Virus record (IMG/VR): IMGVR_UViG_3300018019_000494
Origin: a virus
DNA length: 11,188 bases
Direction: 5' to 3' (one strand)
In this document: positions 7,679-11,188 of the stretch, piece by piece
How positions within the stretch are numbered: position 1 is the first letter of the stretch
How the letters are laid out: each line of letters starts with the position of its first letter
Made by a program: the position numbers and the translations under genes
Notes under the pieces: generated by a model
The model's input: the letters and a program-made list of their open reading frames with translations, nothing else
What the model was told of the DNA's origin: nothing
The model's database searches: none

Positions 7679-7879
7679 ATGGCAGAAAAGGAAAAGGTGT
7701 ACCGGGAGCACATAGTGTCCGACCAGGGGAACGGCGTGGCGGTCTGCTCCAAGTGCGGGGCCGATCTGTCGCCCACGGGTCCGCTCGGCCGGGGTCCCGC
7801 GCCCTACCCGTGCCCCGGCTGCGGGGCGGAGTACGAGGAGGGCGGGATGTGGGTGCAGGGCGGGGGTTCCGACTTCTAG
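7679..7879 (+). CDS. Zinc-ribbon protein, 66 aa (CSKCG...CPGCG)
   Basis: AAGGAG RBS at 7667-7672, 6 nt before ATG. Two CxxC pairs. Confidence 0.7.
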   Translation: MAEKEKVYREHIVSDQGNGVAVCSKCGADLSPTGPLGRGPAPYPCPGCGAEYEEGGMWVQGGGSDF

Positions 7880-7880
7880 C

Positions 7881-8120
7881 ATGAGAAAATTCCTGTGCGC
7901 CATCGGGTTCCACGATCCTCAGATCGTCCGCAAGGTCTTTTGGGGAAACGTGCATCACGCCGAACTGAGATGCGCCTGTGGTAAGCGATTCGAGGGTTTC
8001 GTGGCTGGCTCCTTCGGGCGCGTGTACCCGGCAAAGACGCCGTCGGACTTCTGGGTCGCATACGACGCGGGGGCGTTGCTCGCGATCCCTCCATGCTGCG
8101 TCTCAAATTCCCAAAAATAG
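7881..8120 (+). CDS. Hypothetical Cys/His-containing protein, 79 aa
   Basis: ATG 1 nt after the upstream stop. High GC3. Confidence 0.65.
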   Translation: MRKFLCAIGFHDPQIVRKVFWGNVHHAELRCACGKRFEGFVAGSFGRVYPAKTPSDFWVAYDAGALLAIPPCCVSNSQK

Positions 8121-8123
8121 TTC

Positions 8124-8152
8124 TTGACAGTTTTCCAGTTTTTCGGTATCTT
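8124..8152 (+). promoter_or_regulatory. Sigma70-type promoter: -35 TTGACA (8124-8129), 17-bp spacer, -10 TATCTT (8147-8152)
   Basis: AT-rich intergenic island in a GC-rich genome. Perfect -35 hexamer with canonical spacing. Predicted TSS near 8159. Confidence 0.5.
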
Positions 8153-8167
8153 ATGTAGGTGAGAACA

Positions 8168-8269
8168 ATGACCTCAAGGAAACCCAACACGATTGCCCGA
8201 AAGGGCGCGAGCCAGTGGCGGAATCGCCATTCCGGCGCGGGTCTGTTCTCCGATGGGTGGGACGGCTAG
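8168..8269 (+). CDS. Possible 33-aa leader peptide or small protein (MTSRKPNTIARKGASQWRNRHSGAGLFSDGWDG) inside the structured leader
   Basis: AGGTGAG SD 6 nt upstream of ATG 8168. GC3 is about 70%. It overlaps the predicted antiterminator 5' strand. Confidence 0.3.
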   Translation: MTSRKPNTIARKGASQWRNRHSGAGLFSDGWDG

Positions 8270-8294
8270 GCAAGAGTCCCAAATCGAGTTCCAG

Positions 8295-8332
8295 ACCCGC
8301 CAGATGAGAATCTCGGCGGGTTTTTTGCTTTT
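8295..8332 (+). terminator. Intrinsic terminator-like hairpin with a U-tract; possibly a conditional attenuator
   Basis: ACCCGCC/GGCGGGT stem with an inner GAT/ATC stem and a GAGA loop, followed by TTTTTTGCTTTT. It ends 1 nt before tRNA-Trp. Confidence 0.55.
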
Positions 8333-8408
8333 AGGGGAGTAAGATAACCGGCAGTCGGTCGGTCTCCAAAACCGTACAGTGGCGGTTCAAATCCGTCCTC
8401 CCCTGCCA
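8333..8408 (+). tRNA. tRNA-Trp(CCA), 76 nt, CCA encoded
   Basis: Manual cloverleaf: acceptor AGGGGAG/CTCCCCT, U8, A14, G18G19, U33, anticodon CCA, T-loop TTCAAAT, G53-C61. The D-stem first pair and the 27-43 pair are weak (A/G, U/U). Confidence 0.7.
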
Positions 8409-8442
8409 AAGTTTTTGAAAGGAAAGTAGTTACAAGTTCTAT

Positions 8443-8519
8443 GGTGGCGGTCGTCTAGCGGCTAAGACACCTGACTGTGGATCAGGATAGCATGGGTCCG
8501 AATCCCATTCGCCACCCCA
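8443..8519 (+). tRNA. tRNA-His(GUG) with encoded G-1 and C73
   Basis: Acceptor GTGGCGG/TCGCCAC, G-1 at 8443 pairing with C73, perfect D and anticodon stems, loop CTGTGGA. The T-loop TCCGAAT has C at position 55. Confidence 0.8.
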
Positions 8520-8538
8520 ATTTTGAGGAGAGACGTTG

Positions 8539-8614
8539 GTCCGTGTAGCTCAGAAGGAAGAGCACCACGCTCCGAACGTGGAGGTCGCGAGTCCGAGTCT
8601 CGCCATGGACACCA
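8539..8614 (+). tRNA. tRNA-Arg(CCG)
   Basis: Acceptor GTCCGTG/CATGGAC, D-stem GCTC/GAGC, anticodon loop CTCCGAA, T-arm GCGAG-TCCGAGT-CTCGC (C55). Confidence 0.8.
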
Positions 8615-8618
8615 GTTT

Positions 8619-8825
8619 ATGATGACGTTCACGATCAGCGACGAGAAGGCGGCGCAGTACAAGGCGTGGAGCGAAGAGCACCGGAAGACGTGCGGGGCGC
8701 GACCGGATATGAGCATGGCCCTGTACAGCTTCGTGTTCACGCCGAACGGTCTTGGGGACGGCATATCGGTCAAATGCCCCTGCGGCGAGAGGGTATTCCT
8801 CGACGCCGGGGACGAGGATTTATAG
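8619..8825 (+). CDS. Small Cys-containing protein, 68 aa (MMTFTISDEKAAQYKAWSEEHRKTCG...CPCGERVF), located between tRNA genes
   Basis: Very high GC3. It starts 5 nt after tRNA-Arg(CCG) and its stop abuts the next tRNA (8826). The listed longer ORF 8523.. runs through two tRNAs and is rejected. Confidence 0.6.
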   Translation: MMTFTISDEKAAQYKAWSEEHRKTCGARPDMSMALYSFVFTPNGLGDGISVKCPCGERVFLDAGDEDL

Positions 8826-8903
8826 GCGCGTGTAGCTCAGCCGGAATAGAGCGCTATTCTGCGAAGATAGAGGTCGGCGGTCCGAGTCCGCCCATGCGCA
8901 CCA
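8826..8903 (+). tRNA. tRNA-Arg(GCG)
   Basis: Acceptor GCGCGTG/CATGCGC, D-arm GCTC-AGCCGGAATA-GAGC, anticodon loop CTGCGAA (stem with one G-U pair), T-arm GGCGG-TCCGAGT-CCGCC (C55). Confidence 0.75.
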
Positions 8904-8911
8904 AGTTTTTT

Positions 8912-8989
8912 GCCGGGCTAGCCATTGGACATGGCGGCACGCCTTCGAAACGTGCACGTTTGCGGGTTCGAATCCCGCGCCCGGTTCCA
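8912..8989 (+). tRNA. tRNA-Arg(UCG)-like with a non-canonical anticodon arm (9-nt loop CCTTCGAAA, or a 7-nt loop closed by a C/A mismatch)
   Basis: Acceptor GCCGGGC/GCCCGGT (G1-U72), T-arm GCGGG-TTCGAAT-CCCGC, anticodon stem GCACG/CGTGC. The anticodon assignment TCG is inferred from U33 placement. Followed by a T8 run. Confidence 0.55.
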
Positions 8990-8999
8990 GGTTTTTTTT

Positions 9000-9077
9000 G
9001 CGCCCGTAGCTCAGCGGAATAAGAGCATTGGTCTACGAAACCAAGGGTCGCGTGTTCGAATCACGCCGGGCGCACCA
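9000..9077 (+). tRNA. tRNA-Arg(ACG)
   Basis: Acceptor GCGCCCG/CGGGCGC, D-arm GCTC-AGCGGAATAA-GAGC, anticodon loop CTACGAA with a perfect stem, T-arm GCGTG-TTCGAAT-CACGC. Confidence 0.85.
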
Positions 9078-9081
9078 ACAT

Positions 9082-9168
9082 TGAGGTGTAGGGGAATCGG
9101 TAGACCCACCTGGCTGTTACCCAGGAGCCGAAAGGCACTTGCAGGTTCGAAGCCTGCCGCCTCAGCCA
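9082..9168 (+). tRNA. Atypical 87-nt class-II-like tRNA: Leu-like D-arm (GGG-GAATCGGTAGA-CCC), long variable arm, but anticodon GUU (Asn), U1-A72 and G73
   Basis: Acceptor TGAGGTG/CGCCTCA, perfect anticodon stem CCTGG/CCAGG with loop CTGTTAC, variable arm AGCCGAAAGGCACTT, T-arm GCAGG-TTCGAAG-CCTGC, CCA encoded. Confidence 0.55.
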
Positions 9169-9186
9169 GTTTAGAGGGAGGATTCA

Positions 9187-9518
<332 letters not shown>

Positions 9519-9523
9519 AGTTT

Positions 9524-9598
9524 GGGTCTGTAATTCAGCGGCTAGAAGCCCTCGCTCTTAACGAGGTAACGAGAGTTCGAGTCTCTCCAGACCCACCA
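9524..9598 (+). tRNA. tRNA-Lys(CUU), copy 1
   Basis: Acceptor GGGTCTG/CAGACCC, A73, anticodon stem CCTCG/CGAGG, loop CTCTTAA, T-arm GAGAG-TTCGAGT-CTCTC. The D-stem has one A/G mismatch. Confidence 0.75.
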
Positions 9599-9618
9599 GG
9601 CATCTGATAGAATAGGGC

Positions 9619-10020
9619 ATGAACAAGAAAGCTCAAGGCACTCGGTCAGTCGGTGCGGTGATGAGCCACTTCATCAAAGCAGGCAAAATCGTCTTGATGC
9701 CGATTGGAGACAATGAGCGATACGATTTCGTCATTGATGAGGATGGGCGGTTTCGGCGTATTCAAGTCAAAACGGGCAAGGTCAAGAACGGAGCGATAGA
9801 GTTTAGTACCGCCAGCACTAATCTTGAAAACGGTAAGTGGGTGAGACACGGTTATAGGGGACAGATTGACGATTTCGCAGTTTACTGCCCTAAACTCGAC
9901 AAGGTTTACCTTGTGCCTATAGACGAAGCAGGTGGTCAGACACACTGTTCTTTGCGGCTTGAGCCAGCGAAGAACGGTCAACAAAAGGGCATTAGGCTGG
10001 CTGAGCAGTACGAGGTTTAG
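9619..10020 (+). CDS. PD-(D/E)xK-fold nuclease-like protein (Hjc/YraN-UPF0102-like), 133 aa, with foreign composition
   Basis: GC is about 50% and GC3 about 55%, versus about 85% GC3 in the flanking genes. The pattern G..G...FIKAGKIVL...DFVID-x7-RIQVKTGK resembles the core of YraN/Hjc-like nucleases. Its stop codon shares its last base with tRNA-Lys copy 2. Confidence 0.6.
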   Translation: MNKKAQGTRSVGAVMSHFIKAGKIVLMPIGDNERYDFVIDEDGRFRRIQVKTGKVKNGAIEFSTASTNLENGKWVRHGYRGQIDDFAVYCPKLDKVYLVPIDEAGGQTHCSLRLEPAKNGQQKGIRLAEQYEV

Positions 10021-10095
10021 GGCTACTAACTCAACTGGTAGAGTAGCAGACTCTTAATCTGCGAGTTCGGGGTTCGAGTCCCCGGTGGCCCACCA
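10020..10095 (+). tRNA. tRNA-Lys(CUU), copy 2, with a different sequence from copy 1
   Basis: Acceptor GGGCTAC/GTGGCCC, D-arm ACTC-AACTGGTA-GAGT, anticodon stem GCAGA/TCTGC, loop CTCTTAA, T-arm CGGGG-TTCGAGT-CCCCG, A73. Confidence 0.8.
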
Positions 10096-10134
10096 AGTTT
10101 CCGGGTATTAGAACTCTTAGGATAGGAGGTCAGC

Positions 10135-10680
10135 ATGCCCGACGTACTGGTTCTCGACATGAACTACCGCCCTGTCGGCTTCAAGTCCTGGCAGGACGCG
10201 ATCACGAACGTGTGGAAGGAGCGGGCCATCGTCGTCAAGGAGGACGAGTCCGGCCTGAAGCTCCACTCCCCGTCGTTCGAGGTCGGGATGCCGAGGGTGA
10301 TCCGCGTGCGCAACGCCTGGGTGAAGCGGCGCAAGACATCCGTGCCGTTCTCGCGGCGCAACCTGTACGTCCGCGACGGCGGCGAGTGCCAGTACTGCGG
10401 TAGGCACCTCAAGCTGGAGGAGTACACCCTCGATCACGTGATCCCGCGTTCGCAGGGCGGCGTGAGTTCGTGGGTCAACATGGTCCTCGCCTGCATGCGC
10501 TGCAACAAGCACAAGGCGGGCCGGACGCCGCAGCAGGCAGGGATGCCCCTCCTGCACAAGCCCGTCGTCCCGAAGGTGGACGACCCGAAGTACAACTTCA
10601 AGCTCCACATCCGCAAGATGCGGCCCGAGTGGAAAGAATGGGAGAATTTCCTTTACTGGAATATCGAGCTTGACGAGTAG
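10135..10680 (+). CDS. HNH endonuclease, 181 aa
   Basis: TAGGAGGT RBS. Motifs CQYCG...LDHVIPRSQGG...N...CMRCNKHK (the HNH zinc-finger core). Confidence 0.8.
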   Translation: MPDVLVLDMNYRPVGFKSWQDAITNVWKERAIVVKEDESGLKLHSPSFEVGMPRVIRVRNAWVKRRKTSVPFSRRNLYVRDGGECQYCGRHLKLEEYTLDHVIPRSQGGVSSWVNMVLACMRCNKHKAGRTPQQAGMPLLHKPVVPKVDDPKYNFKLHIRKMRPEWKEWENFLYWNIELDE

Positions 10681-10694
10681 ATCAAGCGACAAGC

Positions 10695-10718
10695 CCCGGA
10701 GGAGCAACCCTCCTCCGG
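10695..10718 (+). terminator. Strong GC hairpin (CCCGGAGGAG-CAAC-CTCCTCCGGG) without a good U-tract; a possible terminator or processing/stability element
   Basis: Perfect 10-bp stem, 14 nt after the HNH stop and 9 nt before tRNA-Arg(CCU). Confidence 0.35.
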
Positions 10719-10727
10719 GCGAAATTT

Positions 10728-10805
10728 GGCCCCGTAGCTCAGCGGAATAAGAGCGACGCACTCCTAACGCGTAGGTCACTGGTCCGAATCCAGTCGGGGT
10801 CACCA
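10728..10805 (+). tRNA. tRNA-Arg(CCU)
   Basis: Acceptor GGCCCCG/CGGGGTC, D-arm identical to that of Arg(ACG), anticodon loop CTCCTAA with an A31/C39 mismatch, T-arm ACTGG-TCCGAAT-CCAGT (C55). Confidence 0.7.
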
Positions 10806-10818
10806 ATTTTTGAGTTGT

Positions 10819-10892
10819 TGCCTCCTCGTCCAACGGTAGGACACGGGTCTCTGGAACCCGGTATCGCGGTTCGAATCCTCGGGAGGCAGCCA
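10819..10892 (+). tRNA. tRNA-Gln(CUG), U1-A72, G73
   Basis: Acceptor TGCCTCC/GGAGGCA, D-arm GTCC-AACGGTA-GGAC, anticodon stem CGGGT/ACCCG, loop CTCTGGA, T-loop TTCGAAT (the T-stem has one C/U mismatch). Confidence 0.75.
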
Positions 10893-10899
10893 AATTTGC

Positions 10900-10928
10900 T
10901 GGACAATGCCGCGAAAATGCGGTATAAT
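10900..10928 (+). promoter_or_regulatory. Sigma70-type promoter: -35 TGGACA, 17-bp spacer, perfect -10 TATAAT (10923-10928); predicted TSS at or next to the ATG (leaderless)
   Basis: AT-rich island directly after tRNA-Gln. Consensus hexamers with optimal spacing. The ATG at 10936 lies 7-8 nt after the -10 element. Confidence 0.6.
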
Positions 10929-10935
10929 GATCAGA

Positions 10936-11115
10936 ATGAACTCGACGCTGAAGACGATCCTGAAGGCCGCGGCGATAGCGGTCGTGCCGGGGCTGGGCGC
11001 TTTCTGGCTGTTAAGCAGGCTCGCGAAAGAGCACGAGCGGCAGGAGTTCAGGGAGTACATCCGCAAGACCTACGGGAAGGGAAGCAAGTACGAGAACGAA
11101 AATGTTGAGCCTTAG
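10936..11115 (+). CDS. Small membrane protein, 59 aa (MNSTLKTILKAAAIAVVPGLGAFWLLSRL...), probably translated from a leaderless mRNA
   Basis: There is no SD and no room for a 5' UTR downstream of the promoter. TM helix. The upstream part of the listed ORF 10906.. would lie in the promoter. Confidence 0.55.
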   Translation: MNSTLKTILKAAAIAVVPGLGAFWLLSRLAKEHERQEFREYIRKTYGKGSKYENENVEP

Positions 11116-11188
11116 CATGAACGCGGACACGCTCTTCAACGTCCTCAGCGGCGTTGTGATGCTTCTCTCCGTCTACGCCTTCTACCAA
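11107..11188 (+). CDS. 5' end of a membrane protein gene (MNADTLFNVLSGVVMLLSVYAFYQ...), truncated by the window edge
   Basis: ATG 11107 overlaps the end of the upstream gene by 9 nt. Hydrophobic N-terminus. The frame is open to the window end. Confidence 0.45.

Noticed and set aside
8250-8266. Resemblance of GATGGGTGGGACGGC to the T-box antiterminator consensus (AGGGUGGNACCGCG)
   Set aside because: The surrounding architecture (no 7-nt bulge flanked by A1 and A2 helices, no specifier loop, no Stem I) does not fit a T-box riboswitch, and the match is partial. It is kept only as part of the leader-structure finding.

Overview
This is a GC-rich (~63-65%) window with tightly packed, unidirectional (+ strand) genes typical of an actinobacteriophage early or accessory region. 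Many genes are coupled by ATGA or GTGA stop/start overlaps. Every minus-strand ORF on the track reads as a Pro/Arg/Gly-rich antisense shadow, and I call none of them.

Positions 1-8120 hold about 25 small + strand genes. They include several Cys-rich zinc-ribbon proteins, two HNH endonucleases, a Pol-beta-type nucleotidyltransferase and a 399-aa ORFan. There is also an SPFH/band-7 membrane protein whose reading frame appears interrupted by a -1 frameshift near position 2040. A clear intrinsic terminator lies at about 3015-3048.

Positions 8124-10892 hold a tRNA array that I folded by hand into 12 genes: Trp(CCA), His(GUG, with G-1), Arg(CCG), Arg(GCG), Arg(UCG), Arg(ACG), a second GUU tRNA with a class-II body, Asn(GUU), Lys(CUU) twice, Arg(CCU) and Gln(CUG). 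The array is preceded by a near-consensus sigma70-type promoter and a roughly 170-nt structured leader. That leader carries a small ORF, a putative mutually exclusive antiterminator/terminator pair, and a U-tract ending one base before the first tRNA.

Small protein genes are wedged between the tRNAs. Among them, between two different tRNA-Lys(CUU) genes, is a compositionally foreign (about 50% GC) PD-(D/E)xK/Hjc-YraN-like ORF, and after them a large HNH endonuclease.

Several tRNAs have non-canonical features. Four have C rather than U at position 55. Arg(UCG) has a 9-nt anticodon loop, Arg(CCU) has an A31/C39 mismatch, and the class-II-like tRNA carries an Asn anticodon.

A second near-consensus promoter at 10900-10928 appears to drive a leaderless mRNA for a small membrane protein.

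No CRISPR array, rRNA, integrase or transposase was found.
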